The notes under the pieces are model-generated. The model ran no database searches, was not told where the DNA came from, and saw only the letters and a program-made list of their open reading frames with translations. From NCBI RefSeq assembly GCF_018977255.1, contig NW_024704742.1:6698001-6762000 (forward strand): a stretch of 64,000 nt of DNA, in the 5' to 3' direction. Below, in pieces: positions 33,690 to 46,729 of the stretch. Each line of letters starts with the position of its first letter. Positions within the stretch are counted from its first letter, which is position 1. The DNA comes from Callorhinchus milii (taxonomy: Eukaryota). The translations under genes and the position numbers were made by a program.

Positions 33690-34004
33690 CAAATGTAAAG
33701 TGTAGGTGACTAGAACCAGAGGACATGGCCTGCGATTGAAGGGGGGTAAATTCAAAATAAATCTGCGGAAACACTATTTCAGTGAGTGAGTAGTAAATGT
33801 ACGGATCAGGCTCCCGAGGAAGACAGTCCAAGCAGGAAGTGTTGATTCTTACAAAAGCAAACTAGATAGATTTATTTTAGGAAATAATATTGTAGGATAC
33901 AGTATGTAGTTTGGAACATGACATGCGCAAGAGACCGCCAGGATGGTGAAAAGCGAACTGGATGAACTCCGGTCTCTTTTCGCTAGCAAACTTATGTTCT
34001 TATT
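33690..34004 (+). mobile_element. CR1 3' fragment
   Basis: TRTRGHGLRLKGGKFK..HYFSE.VVN..LP..TVQAGSVDSYKSKLDRF followed by 3' UTR and CTTATGTTCTTAT tail. Confidence 0.85.
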
Positions 34005-34534
34005 GACTGTGTTTTGTGGGATTACACAGCAGCAAATTTGCACACAGACAGTCACGAAGTGAATGTTCATTTGGGAGATTGCTGGCCAGAAGAAACTTCC
34101 GTCCCATTTTGAGTAGTGCCATGGGATCTTTAACACCCATATATTAACTTTTTAAATCAAAGCTTTGCTCACGTGATCACACGGGGATCCAGCCAATATT
34201 GGTAAGTGCTTTGGGACATCCTCCAGACGTGAAAGGCATTGTGTAAATTCAAATTTGTATTGTACGATCACATATATTGTAAAGGAAACTATTTTGCTGA
34301 TGTTTCAGTCACCACTTGTTCTATACGTTCAGAATCATGAGAATCCTCATAACCTGAGACTCATCGCGTAATCTATAGTGGTTTGTCATTTCAAGCCAGC
34401 TCGTGAATCAGGAATTGCTCTTTTTAAATATATATTTTTTCAGCAATCCAAAAGAAAATAATGCCTCTGTAGAGAGCTATCCGTCCAGCCAATGCATACA
34501 AAGAACCACGAAGAAGTACTTTGGTAATATTAGC

Positions 34535-35465
34535 AATAATAATAATCCTTGTATTTTTATAGCACCTTTCACGTCAGGATGTTGTCTCAAAGAGCCTCAA
34601 AGAATTTACTGTACAGAATAATTATTACAAATGCAGCAGCCAATTTACACATAGCACTGTTCTACAAACAGCCATGAAGTGAATGATCCATTTTATCTGC
34701 GGATACTGTTGGCCAGGACACTGTGGGAAACTCTCTTTTCTTTTTTGAATAGAGCCATGGGATCTTTAACATCTACCTGAACAGGCACCAAGACCTTGGT
34801 TTAATAATATTAATAATAATAATCCTTGTGTTTGATATAGCGCCTTATCACATCTTCGAGACGTCTCAAAGCGCTTCACAGAATATACTGTAAAGTGAAT
34901 TGACTATATTTTGTGGGCTAAACGCGGCAGTCAATTGCGCACAGCAGCGTCCCACAAACGATCATGGACTGAGTGACCAATTTATTATTAGTATTATATT
35001 TTTTCATTTATTTTTAATGTCATCCAGAGGACAGAATCTCCAACAATGCAGTGCACCCACAGCCCTGCATCAGAATGTCAGTCTAATTATGAGTTTGAAG
35101 TCCTGATGTGAGGTAACATTTCGAACTCAGCCTGGCTCAATTGTCAGCACTCTCACCTCTGACGCAAAGGTAAATTAGAATCAAACCAGTGTATCCCCAT
35201 CATGGCTAGGAATAACAGTCCCTTCCGTTTGTTCAGGTAGACAATAAAGATTCCCTGACACTATTGAAAAGAGTTTTTTCCAGGAGTCCTGGCAAACAAT
35301 TCCACAGTTAAATTGGATTATTCACTATTTGTGGGGACATTGCTCTGTCTCTTCTAAGTTTGCCTTCAAATGAATAGTCACTACACTTTACAGAAAACCC
35401 TTGAACTCCTTGAGAATGTTTCGACATTATAGTCACTGGAACAAATGCAAGGATTATTATGATTT
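34535..35465. mobile_element. Cluster of nested SINE fragments (old DeuSINE on minus strand interrupted by young SINE 34803-34995; old SINE on plus strand 35125-35465)
   Basis: Deu domain pieces on either side of a young SINE 3' half; a second old head CAGCCTGGCTCAATTGTCAGCACTCTCACCTCTGA at about 35129. Confidence 0.8.
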
Positions 35466-37169
35466 TCCACTCCCAATGTGCCCAAACAGCACATTATTAT
35501 TCAGTAAAATAACCTGAAAGAGGAACAGATTGTGCACGTGATTTCGTCCATCGCTTTAAGATGAACCAAAACCCAGGTCCTCAACATCCAAAGGGAAAGC
35601 ACAAGGTGCCTGAGTTGAAATGGTCTAGGAGATTGATTATAAAGCAGTTTCAACTTTGCATGAATAAGAACCACTATCTTTTTGAATTTCAGACGAAGGC
35701 ATCTCATCATTCATGGAACTCTATGGGCACCAGTTTCTCCCTCATTCAGTGTCCGAACCCACCATTGTATGGCACTCCAAGACTATCCTCTATGAAGTGC
35801 ACAATAAAAAAAACAAATGGTTGTTGTTGACACTCTGGGATGAATCACATACCAATCATCGTTCAAAGTAGCATACTTTCCACTACTTACACTGCCATGG
35901 GATTGTTTATAGTACAAATTGCATCTACTGTGTGAAGGAGCAGCAAAATGATCTCTATCTTAAATGATCCGTGCATGATAGACTCTGTCTTCACATCCTG
36001 TTTAGCAAGGGGGTGGGGGGGTGTGGGTGGGGGGCGAGGGGAGTTGGGAGCAGGATGAAAGGATGAAATTTTCATTGATGTTAGAATAAACATTTTAATC
36101 TCACTCCACCCACCCACTCCCCACCCCCCACCCCCCCACCCCGCCCTCGGTGTTTGTTGCTTTCTGCGTGCATTCGGTTCAGACTTCATTGGGAACAAGG
36201 CACTGCTAAACGTTAAAATACCAGATATTCTCCATCTAGTCGCACATTTTAACATGCATTAATGACCTGCTAAGTGACGTAACAGCACATCCAGATGTGT
36301 AGAGCAGAAAACGGATACTTGGTGCATTTTTCGACAGGGCCACTTAAGAGTGTCACAAAGATTTGAAGGGGAAGGAGACATTTACATTGTGTAATCTGAA
36401 TATCAGTCTAATAGTTGTCTACTGCTCGTGAAGGCCATAACTGAATGCCCAGAAGTAATAGGGTTGACGAACAGCTGCAGACCTTCGGAATGTTTTTGTG
36501 GTGGCTCAGCTAGCTGCAAGAGCGAGTAGTTTGTGAGCTACAGTTCAGAAGTGCAAACATTTCATTGAAGGGATATATACCAAATATGGGACATTTAGTG
36601 AAAAAAGTGCTTATATCTCAAGAGTTTGTGCCGTATACGTTACCTACAAAAACAGTCTGTCAAGTGAAATATGGCCAAGCGCAAGAGTATTGAAAGATTT
36701 TTCAGCATTTGGATAGAAATGGCGAGAGTCAGAGTGCAGGAGAAGTGCAACAGCTGCGATATTTTCTAAGCATGTGTTGATCCATAGATTACAGCTGAAA
36801 CAGTTTAATAATGCTCAATGTACTCAGTATTCATCATCGTAAAGTGGTAGTTCGGAAAAAAGTGCAATCAAAGCAATTATCAATGGGGTACTTTGAAATA
36901 CGTTCTCAACAAATTAAAAATAAAGGAGGATAATTGTACATAAGCTTTAGCCAAGCGACGGAAATATCAATAGTTATCATTGGATACAACCTTTATATAT
37001 AGGAACTAAGTACAATCAGAACTTTTTATTTTCAACTCACGTAGTCTAGGGCAAGGCTCCAATAAAATACTGAAAATGTGCTGCATTGCCACAGGTGCCA
37101 CCTTTGGATACAACACCCTAAGTTCTTATCTGCCTCTTTTAGGTGGACGTTGCATAAGGCAGGCACCCG

Positions 37170-37463
37170 CCTGCTTTCGTGCCCCACCCTGCCTGCCCCA
37201 TCATTGGCAGGCGGGCCTTCTGCCTTTCTACTCCCACCCTCTGGAACTCCAACCCTTTGCCTCGCCCTTCCCTTGCCTAATTCAGGTCCGTTTCAAGACC
37301 TTCGTCATTGTCCAAGCCTTTGGTCATCTTCCCACCTCTATCCCCCTTGCTCCCCACCCCGCTTGAATCCAACCCACAGCTGGGGTGCAAACCGTTGACT
37401 GTCCAGTGCATGGGATGTCCTCCCAACGTGAAAGATGCTATATAAATGCAATTTGTTGTTGTT
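37170..37463 (+). mobile_element. L2 3' end
   Basis: IGRRAFCL..TLWNSNP..FKT, then GGGATGTCCTCCCAACGTGAAAGATGCTATATAAATGCAA(TTG)n. Confidence 0.88.
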
Positions 37464-37914
37464 GAAGATCCAAAGGCACTATTCAAAAAGAGAGGGGAGT
37501 TTCTCCCAGTGTCTTGGCCATCAATCCCCCAAGTAAAATTTGCCACTCAAATTTTGGACGCAACCCTTTGAAATAATGAGGTGATCTTCTGTAGGAACCA
37601 CAATTTGTACTTATATTGCACGTTTCACTTAAAGAGAACATCTTAAAACAGATTTGCAGCACTCCAGATAATCTCCAGATACTGGCACATGCACTCCACG
37701 TGTTACACATTAATAATAATAATTCTTGCATTTGATATAGAGTCTTGTCATGTCTTTGTGACGTCTTTCAAGAGGGAACTAGATAGATTTCTAAACGTGA
37801 GTGACTTCAAGCGGTATGGGGAATCAGCAGGTAAATGGGACTGAATGGATTGTTCTTAAAATAAGACCAAGCTTGTATTCCCCATTCAGCGTCTGGTACA
37901 GTGAAGCTTAAGCA

Positions 37915-38040
37915 TAATAATAATAAAAAGAATAATTCTTGTACTTGATATTGCTCCTTATCACGTCTTTGAGACGTCTCAAAGCACTTCGCAGAATATA
38001 CTGTAAAGTGAATTGACTGTATATTTTATGGGCGATGTTC
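37915..38040 (-). mobile_element. SINE 3' fragment
   Basis: CCTTATCACGTCTTTGAGACGTCTCAAAGCACTTC..GTAAAGTGAATTGACTG. Confidence 0.85.
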
Positions 38041-38439
38041 CACTGTACAATATTCCCCCAACTTGATGCAGAGTCTAAACACTGATTTCATATTGCTTCC
38101 AAATATTGCTTCCACTCCTACAGCTTTCAAGATTTATCTTAGAGATACTTGGCCAGAACCAAACTAGGGCATTCACGGAGGAGGTTATTTTACATAGTGC
38201 TCAGGCTGCGGGGGATAGAAAGCACAGCAATCACATCACTTTAAGAGATGACTATTGATCTTTTCCCTGCTTTGGCCAAAGGATGATGTATTTACACAAA
38301 GTTAGAGAAAAAGCATGAGATTAATTTGTGTCAAGGCCCACCTCAAGACCTTCCTTGACTTTCCACCACTGTTACGCGCTCTGAGACGCTACCCTGCATG
38401 GAGGACGCTATATAAGTAGAAGTTGTTGTTTTTGTGGTT

Positions 38440-38624
38440 AATCTTCGACCACGCCTTCGGTCATCTTCCCCCCACCCCAACCCCAACCCTCTGCCTCTCT
38501 TGACTCCAACCTGCAGCTCAGGTGCAAACTCTTGACTATCCAGCAACTTGGGATGTCCATCCCAAGGTGAAAGGAGCTATATGAATGCAATTTGTTGTTG
38601 TCATGAATGCAATTTGTTGTTGTC
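38440..38624 (+). mobile_element. L2 3' end with duplicated terminal 22-mer
   Basis: CTTCGACCACGCCTTCGGTCA..GGGATGTCC..GTGAAAGGAGCTAT then (ATGAATGCAATTTGTTGTTGTC) twice. Confidence 0.85.
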
Positions 38625-39759
38625 ATTATCATTTACAAAGATCTCTTCCAAACTAGGATTGAGAAGTAAAAGTTTTTTACTTTGGTTAGCTCTTAAAATT
38701 ACAGAACTTCCATTTTCTACTGAAACATCAAATCAACATCAGGAATTGAACCCCAATTCCCACCCCTTCCTGTGGAATATTTTGGCAGGGAATGAGAGAA
38801 GGAAAGCACATATACAGATTTGTCAATGAGTCTGTGCACTACCTGGGTTGAAAAGTGATTGAATGGGGAAATGATTGCATGAATGACGCATTACATTAAA
38901 AAGTGTTCTGCAGGGAACCCCACATCAACTCCCAAGACTTGAGCTCAAATCCAAGATCTACTTAAGATTTTGCGAGTCTCAGTGACATAGTTAGGCCTCC
39001 CTGCAGGAGACTAACTGTATCTCAAGATGCTCTTTGTGGCCTAAAGCACAGTTTATGCTGTGCTTTTCCAGGTGAGTGCTTTCGCAAAGTCAATTCTGTT
39101 ATTTGTCCCCGTGTTTTTCCAGTTATGAAAATGGATCCCAGATTTCGTAGTTACATGAATGAACTCACTTTTACTGAAAATTTGACTCTATCCTTAATGC
39201 TGATGTTCTGATAATATCTAAAGTAGCCTCCCGTAGGAAGCAGCTGATGATCAGCTAACATCATTGTGTCCTGGCCAATAATCCCTCAAAATTAAGAATC
39301 AGTCATTCACTTCATGGTCCTTTGTGGGACATTGCGGTCCACAAATTGGCTGTCATGTTCCATTTTCATTCTGTTGCAGTAAATCCTGTGGAGTGATTTG
39401 ATACACCCTCCCAAAGTGGAAAGTGCTATGTCAACAACAACAACAAACTACAGTGCCTTTCTCGCCGGGAGGACGTCCCAAGGCGATGGACAATCAAGGA
39501 TTTGCACCTTGATTATAAGGATCCTAAAGTACTGTGAGGATCTTAAAATCTTATTTATACTGTAAGAAATGTAAGGATTATTTATTATTATTACTTAACA
39601 TAATTGTTGCAACTCAACCTCATGGAGTTACATTAATTGGGCAGGTCTAGAGTCAATGCCAACTTGACTTACCAGGGTGGCGGGGTGGGTGGTGCACAGC
39701 ACACCTGGTCTCCTTGGATGCACATACGTTTCTATTATATTTATTACAATTTATTCTAA

Positions 39760-39950
39760 TAAATAAATTGGTCACTTCAATCCACGACTGTTTGTGAGAC
39801 GCTGCTGTGCGCAATTGGCTGCTGCGTTTTGCCCACAAAATATACAGTCACTTCACTTTACAGTATATTCTGTGAAGCGCTTTGAGACGTCTCGAAGATG
39901 TGATAAGGCGCTATATCAAATGCAAGGATTATTATTATTAGATTATTATT
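39760..39950 (+). mobile_element. SINE 3' half
   Basis: TTGGTCACTTCAATCCACGACTGTTTGTGAGACGCTGCTGTGCGCAATTGG..GAGACGTCTCGAAGATGTGATAAGGCGC..(TTA)n. Confidence 0.92.
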
Positions 39951-41069
39951 AGTTCACACGGTTAAGGACAAGTAATCACAGGTAGCAACCATGTTGTGCC
40001 ACTTTCATGTGACATTGTGGTGATTAAAACCATGCAATTTCTACCTCAATTACTTCTTTGAAGCTTTGCTTTACTGTAAATCTACTTTTCTCTTTTGCAC
40101 CGACAGGAAATCACTGCCTTTTGAATATCACAAGATCACTTAGGAAGAAGAAAGCCCTTTGGCCCATCAAATGCAAGGATTATTATCTGATCTCATCCTT
40201 CGAGAATACCCACCCTAATGTCCTCCCATCAAAGCCAAGCATTTTTTTGGAAAAAAAGTCCACCCTCAGCTATTTGTCCCAGTCATTATTTACCCTCTCA
40301 TTAAAGAAAAAGCGTCCTGGTAACTGTCCTAAAATTGTCCCTTTGCAACTCGAAGCCCAAGTTCTCTTGTACTACTCTCTTGATCTTACAGTATTATTCT
40401 GGGTTTACTTTTAAATTGTATTTAAAATCTTATATACCAGACAATCCTAATCCTTTACCATCCATTCAATAAGAAGTTCCTACCTGATCCCTAACAGTCA
40501 TAGGTTAGCTTCATGTTTGTGTTTAATCTACTTTTTATTCCACTTTCTTATTCATAATGTGCTCTTTCAGGTGGTTTCCCTGGGCTCAAAGTAACTGTCG
40601 AATATACCCACCAAGAGCTACTGGATCGGTAAAGAGGGAAATGGGGAAATGAAGCCAGATCAGGCAGTCACTGGCCAGTCAAGCATGGATTCAGACAAGA
40701 CCCGTAAAAAGATCTGCTGACTTCAAACAAATAAGGAAAGCTTCCTATGTATCAGAAAAAAATCATTTGCAGGGATTGACTGTACTGTACTGTACAGTCT
40801 GTAATCATGAAGCAAAGAGGACAGCACCCAGTGTCTTGCGTTTTAAAAAAAATCATTGTCTGGCGGTCTGCAGTCAGTCTGTTCAATCCAGACTCATAAC
40901 CTACATTGCTCCTGCCCAAAAGAAACTAACAGTTATAATGGATGGGTTAGAAACCCTGGGCCATTGCTAAGTAGGTTCCCAATGTTAGCAGTTATTTGTC
41001 TCTTGTCTGTTGTGGACATGAACTCATTGTGGCTCCTCCATAAGGCTCAATTCCACCCAGCCTGTCAAA

Positions 41070-41270
41070 TGCTGGAACGCTCCCAGATCCAGACTTTGGC
41101 TCTGGTCAATATCTTCTACCCTCCGAGTCTTAACTCCTCAACCTCCCTGGGCTCTCCCTTAAACTCACCGAACCCATACGCAACTTAGGCATCGGGTTCG
41201 ATCCCCAGCTTTCCTTTCTACCCCACATCCATTCCCTGATCAGGACCACTTTTTTTCCATCTCCATCACA
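41070..41270 (+). mobile_element. L2 RT fragment
   Basis: LNLPGLSLKLTEPIRNLGIGFDPQLSFLPHIHSLIRTTFF, the L2 RT thumb region. Confidence 0.8.
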
Positions 41271-42803
41271 ATGTCTGCATCCATCCGTATAACAATGTAT
41301 GACACTGCCTCTGTATAACATGCCTGCCTTATCTGCTTGAACTGGTTCTCCTCATAGTTCTGATATCCGGATTGATGCTGGTGTTTATGTGGGTTCATGC
41401 AATAAAGTCAACATGTTTTAACCCACATTAACATCCCTTTCTACCTCTACCTCTTCCCTGCTGTCCAAGTTCCAAGATGGTGCTGCTCAATGCCTTTGTG
41501 CACGTTATTTAATTGCAAGCGTGCTGTCATTTCTTTCTATATTGTCTCGGTTTCACTCCTGAGTGTCAGAGGCCTCATTTCAAACCAATTGCTGTCAGTA
41601 AATTGAACAATCCTTCAGAGAGATTTTGAATAACTGAATTGGAACAGGTTTCAATGCGTCTGCTACAAAAGTGATTGAAATGAGCCCGAGGCTACTAAAA
41701 TACCAACTCTATTCAATTTCAAGACATGAGTAATCTAGCTGGCTACCTGATTCTAATTGCTGGCGATCCTGATTTTGATAGGAGATGTCAAGTCTAATAT
41801 GCACGTAGTAAAAATCTGCTGGAATATTTCAAAGAGTAGGATGTGGAGAATGGGGCTGACATTTACTATCACAGTAATGAAACTTGGATCTCTCCACGGT
41901 GAAACGGGGCTGAATTAGGAGACAATCCACCATATGGAGGTCATTACTGACTATAGAAGCCAAAGAGACCACTTATGAGTCTGTGGATCAGCTACAAACA
42001 TATTTTGGCAAAACTGTTGACTGCTGAATCCGTGTCCCAAGAAGGAAAGTGCTACCGGGATATGAATGACCTTAAAAACAAGGCTACCGCAGGTCAAGTA
42101 AACCAATTCTGTGCTCTCTTCAGACCAGATTGGGAGAGATTCTTGTGAAGATTACTTTGAGGGGGAGGTTTACAATGTCACAGTCCATGTTTTAATGTTA
42201 CTGTTAAACAGGAAAGGAGTATAATCTTGGCACTGGATAACTGATTGACCTTCAACCTTGTGCTTCTCACTGGTGCCGAGTCAAACATACAGCACGCTGG
42301 CAATCAATGCTTACTGAAAAAACATCTCTTTGGATAATATTCATGAACTTCTGGGTTGCCGGCTTATGTATGGGCTGGACTGCTCGCTGGCTCAGTGGTT
42401 TCTCTGGAGACTGCCTTTGCTCACAGTCCAAACATCAATAAAAACAAGCAAATAGTATGCTGGAAGTTGAGTTCAGGACCTCAAATGTCATACTCAAGCT
42501 GTACAGTATCCTGGTTAGGTTTCCTCTATAGTACTGCATACAGTTTTAGTCCATGAGAAATCAAATGACCGCCCAGACACTACAGGCAATGCAGAGGATA
42601 GCCTGGGTGATTGACAATGTTAGAGGAGTGGGCTAATAGACTTATAAAGGTATATAATTATAATAAATAAAAATAATCCTTCAATTGAACTTATCACATC
42701 GGATTTTATTGTGGAGTGATTTACTGTGGAGTGGACTGTGTATTTGTAGGTGAACGCAGCAGCCAATTTGTGCATGTCAATGTTCAAACAGCCATAAAGT
42801 ATA

Positions 42804-43117
42804 AATAATAATAATAATAATCCTCGCATTTGATATAGCCCTTTTCACGTGGGGAGGATGTCCCAAAGCGCTTCACAGAACACACTGTAAAGTGAATTGA
42901 CTGTATATTTATGGGCGAACGCGGCAGCCAATTGCGCACAGCAATGGCCCACAAACAGTCGTAGATTGAAAATGACCAATTTATTATTGTTTTTAGTTTT
43001 GGAGGGATTATTATTAGGCTCTGTGTGGAGTAAGGAAACTTTCGCCCTGTCTGGAATTGAGCTCAGGCCTCTCGCTTGCAAAGCGAGTGCTCTAACCACT
43101 GAGCTACAGGACTCCAC
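42804..43117 (-). mobile_element. SINE short young subfamily, full length
   Basis: Near-identical to 20657-20987 apart from a deletion of about 10 bp after GGAAACTT. Confidence 0.96.
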
Positions 43118-43124
43118 AAAGTAA

Positions 43125-43590
43125 ATTACCAATTTTATTTGGGGAATTTGTTGGCTAGGACACCAGGAGAAACTTCCTTCTTTTTTTGAATAGTGCCTTG
43201 GGATCTTTACCATTTATCTGGACAGACAGACAGTATTTTAGTTTAATGTCTGATCCGAAGTAAGCCCCTCCAACAATGTAGCACATTCCCAGCACTGTTT
43301 TGGAATGTCAGACTGTGAGCTCAAAGTACCAATTTGGGGCTCGAACCCACAACCTTCTTGCTTGGAGACAGTGAACCAGTAAGTTGGGATCTTTAACGTC
43401 CACCTGAACAGCAGATGGGACCTCGGTTTAACACCTCATCCAAAGGATAGCACCTCCAACATTACAGGGTTGCCTCATCTTTGCACTGGAACATCATTCC
43501 AGACTATGAGCTCAAAATCCCGACTTGGCACTTGAACGCACAATCTTCTGTCTCAGGTGTAAGCGTGCTAATGACTGAGCCAAGCTGATA
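43125..43590 (-). mobile_element. Two tandem older DeuSINE 5' halves
   Basis: GGGATCTTTA..CCTCCAACA..GAGCTCAAA..GAACCCACAACCTTCT occurs twice (43200-43365 and 43386-43590). Confidence 0.82.
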
Positions 43591-44729
43591 AGATCCTAAA
43601 TGGGACAGTAAACCAAGATTCAGGGTTGTGCAGGCCAATTTTAGTAGAGACATCACAAGGTTTTTCTTCACCTAGAGGGTAATTAAAAACTGGAACACAT
43701 TACCAAGAAGGATGGAAAAAGCCAGGAGACTGGATTCATTTAAGGAAGAGGTTGGTGGTGTAATGGAAAGAAGGAGGATGGATATTCTGGAAGAATAAGA
43801 CTAAGTGAGTTGAGAGACCTTTTTTTCCACTGTACCTCTCGTGATTTTTTGATCCCTTTGCTCAACTTGAGAATCGAGGCTTTCTGAACTCCAGGCTTTG
43901 CAGCCAATCATTGTGGTTTGTCCAAACTCAGCCCAGTTCAAGCAATCAGAGTGAACAGGGTCGGTGACATGAATTTCACAACCGAGTCTGTGCTGTGTTG
44001 AACAGTGCACCGCTGACCTGACTCATGCCAATGCTGCAAATCCACGTCAGCAGCTGAGTTGGGTGGTGAAAAGTTTGGGACACATGAGTGTCATCTGGTT
44101 AGAATTTTCAACTGGCAACCCACCAGCTTAACAGAACAACATCTGTGCTAGTGTGGAAGAGGCCAGATGCCAACTCTGTTATGTCATACATTGATGCTAG
44201 AAGCTATCATATTCTGATGATACCCCAAAGTACCTTTAAGGGAACAGCCAAATTTCCAATTTATGAGGGAACACTCATCTCACACAAATCCATGACCCAA
44301 GTTTACTGCTATACAAGCGAATGATTAAACATTTTAGGAGAAGGGGAAGGGGTGGGGTGCTACAGTGTTTCAAAGCAACACATGTCTGGCCTGATGTCCC
44401 CTTCCCACACCCCAATTTGTATCACAGCTACACTGTCCCACACTGTATCAGTGTGACAAGAGAAAAATAAACGTGAGATCATGAGAAAAAATAGTTCCTC
44501 GTAGCCTGTGCATCTCCTAATGTTAATAATAATCCTTATAATAATTGGTATTGCGCTTCACGTCGAAAGTATGTCCCAAGTCGTTTGGGATATATTGTGA
44601 AGTGCAATGTGTTTTGTGGGCAAAGCTCATAGAGGATTTGCTCACTGAATCCTCCTCAGGCATTAACAGGCTGCGGCCTGTGAGACGTGAGCATGAGAGC
44701 AGGGACTGAAAGCACGATGGGAAGATTTC

Positions 44730-45045
44730 ATGCCCTTCCAATAAGGCTAGACGTTTGCAAGACAGGCAAATCTTAGTAGGGCCAAAAGATGTAATAAGGA
44801 ATTATTTTGTTCCCCTCCAAGTCACTCACCCAACCTGACATGGGCAAATACATATGACGTGGGCAATTCCTTCATTATTGCTGGAAGTCCCCACCCATCA
44901 CCATTGTGGAAGGACCATTGCCACAAGGATTACAATGATTTAAAGAGAAGACCTCACCAACACCACCACCAACATCTTCCCCTCAGGGCAACCAGAGATG
45001 GGCAATAAATACTGTCTCTGTCACATCTCTCATGCCCCAAGATGA
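44730..45045 (+). mobile_element. CR1-group LINE 3' end (second family)
   Basis: CAAGTCACTCACC..CCTGACATGG..TTCCTTCATT..CTCACCA..CACCACC..AGGGCAACCAGAGATGGGCAATAAATACTG resembles a common shark LINE 3' terminus; recognised by eye. Confidence 0.6.
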
Positions 45046-45454
45046 GAAACAAATTGTCTTTAACAGAATTTCCCATTTCAAGACAAGTAATGAAGAGTTG
45101 GCTATTTTTAGGGATTGCAATGAAAACAGCAAACCCTCTTAAAAATAAAAGGCTTGAAATGTTTGGGGAAAAGTAAAGACCTTTTATGTGCAAATTGTGC
45201 TGCTAGCCTCAGAGACAGCTCCGAGTTCACATTGATGTTGGCCACATTGGGACAGTTTTACTGACCATTGTAACCACTGAAATGGAAACCTCAACGTGGC
45301 ACTGACACCAATGGTGCAACAATCACAATAGTGTCTTTCTTCTCTCGTGAGTCACATCCTCAACTAATTTGCTTCAGATCAGATGCCGCATTATATCAAC
45401 AAGCACAACCGCAATGACAAAACACTTGCATTTATACATTGCCCTTCACATGAT

Positions 45455-45777
45455 TAATAATAATAATAATAATCCTTGTATTTGATATAGCGCTTTTCAC
45501 GTCGGGAGGACGTCCCAAAGCGCTTCACAGAACACACTGTAAAGTGAATTGACTGTATATTTGTGGGCGAACGCGGCAGCCAATTGCGCACAGCAATGTC
45601 CCACAAACAGTCGTAGATTGAAAATGACCAATTTATTATTGTTTTTGGTTTTGGAGGGATTATTATTAGGTGTGTGGAGTAAGGAAACTTGCCCAAGGTT
45701 TCGCCCTCTGTCTGGAATTGAACTCAGGTCTCTCACTTGCAAAGCGAGTGCTCTATCCACTGAGCTACAGGACTCCA
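45455..45777 (-). mobile_element. SINE short young subfamily, full length
   Basis: Near-identical to 20657-20987. Confidence 0.96.
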
Positions 45778-46332
45778 AATTGAGATTGGTGTCTCAGGGC
45801 ACTTATTATCCTCAGTTGTTGGCTGTGACAGCTCTTAAAATCATTTGTAAAGAGGTCTGATGGACAGATTCTCTGTAGCACAGTGCTTCGGCCTATATAA
45901 ATATAGAACTATATAAACGCAACTATATAAATATTTCCAAGCGTGAGCTTGGAAAGTTCTGCTTTGAATCCAGACATGGTTTAACCAACACCCATGGTGT
46001 TGTCTGATTATAAGGGATCATGTAGGAAAGATCAACCACAGCACAACATGTTGCTGTAACAGTTGTTACTCTAGGCGCGTAAAAGTCCTGCAGTTAAAGT
46101 TGAATTATTTGCCAAGGGCCAGAGGAACTCGCTGAATTGTTGCATAAACAAAAGGCTTGTCTAAGGCAATGGTGAGCCTGTCACAGAGCTTGGTATTTTA
46201 TACCCAATGATTAGAATCGAGGCTTTACGATTCGGGAGGACAAAACCAGTATCCCGTTGATATCAACAAATTTAAAATACACACTTCTCAAAATAAATTT
46301 TAAATATTTAATAGAGACAAGCACAGCCACAA

Positions 46333-46729
46333 GGGTTAAGAGGAGACTTAATAGAAGTTTTCAAAATGATGAGGGGATTCTATAGGGTGAACAGGAGAAA
46401 CTGTTTCCACTGGCGGGTGGGTCGGTAAACCGAGGACACCGATTTAAAATAGCTGTTAAAAGAAACAGAGGGGAGGTGAGGAGAAATGTTTTCACACAGC
46501 GAGTTGTTCAGATCTGGAATGCATTGCCTGAAAGGCTGGTGGAAGCCGATTCAATAACAACTTTTAAGAGAGAAGTAGATAATTATTTGGGGAGGACAAA
46601 CATGCAGGGCTACGGGGAGAGAGACGGGGAGTGGGATTGATTTGGATAGCTCTTTTAAAAGAGCCAGCCTAAGACACGATGGGCCGAATTGGCCTCCTTC
46701 TGTGTTGTATAAGTCTATGATTCTATGAT
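46333..46729 (+). mobile_element. CR1 LINE 3' fragment
   Basis: RLRGDLIEVFKMMRG..RGHRFK..RRNVFTQRVVQIWNALPERLVEADSITTFKREVDNYL, then GATGGGCCGAATTGGCCTCCTTCTGTG and (TCTATGAT)n. Confidence 0.94.

Noticed and set aside
41900..42185. Possible Gypsy integrase tail and polypurine tract (VDQL-like peptide, GAGGGGGAGG)
   Set aside because: Motifs too short and degenerate, and no LTR pair found.
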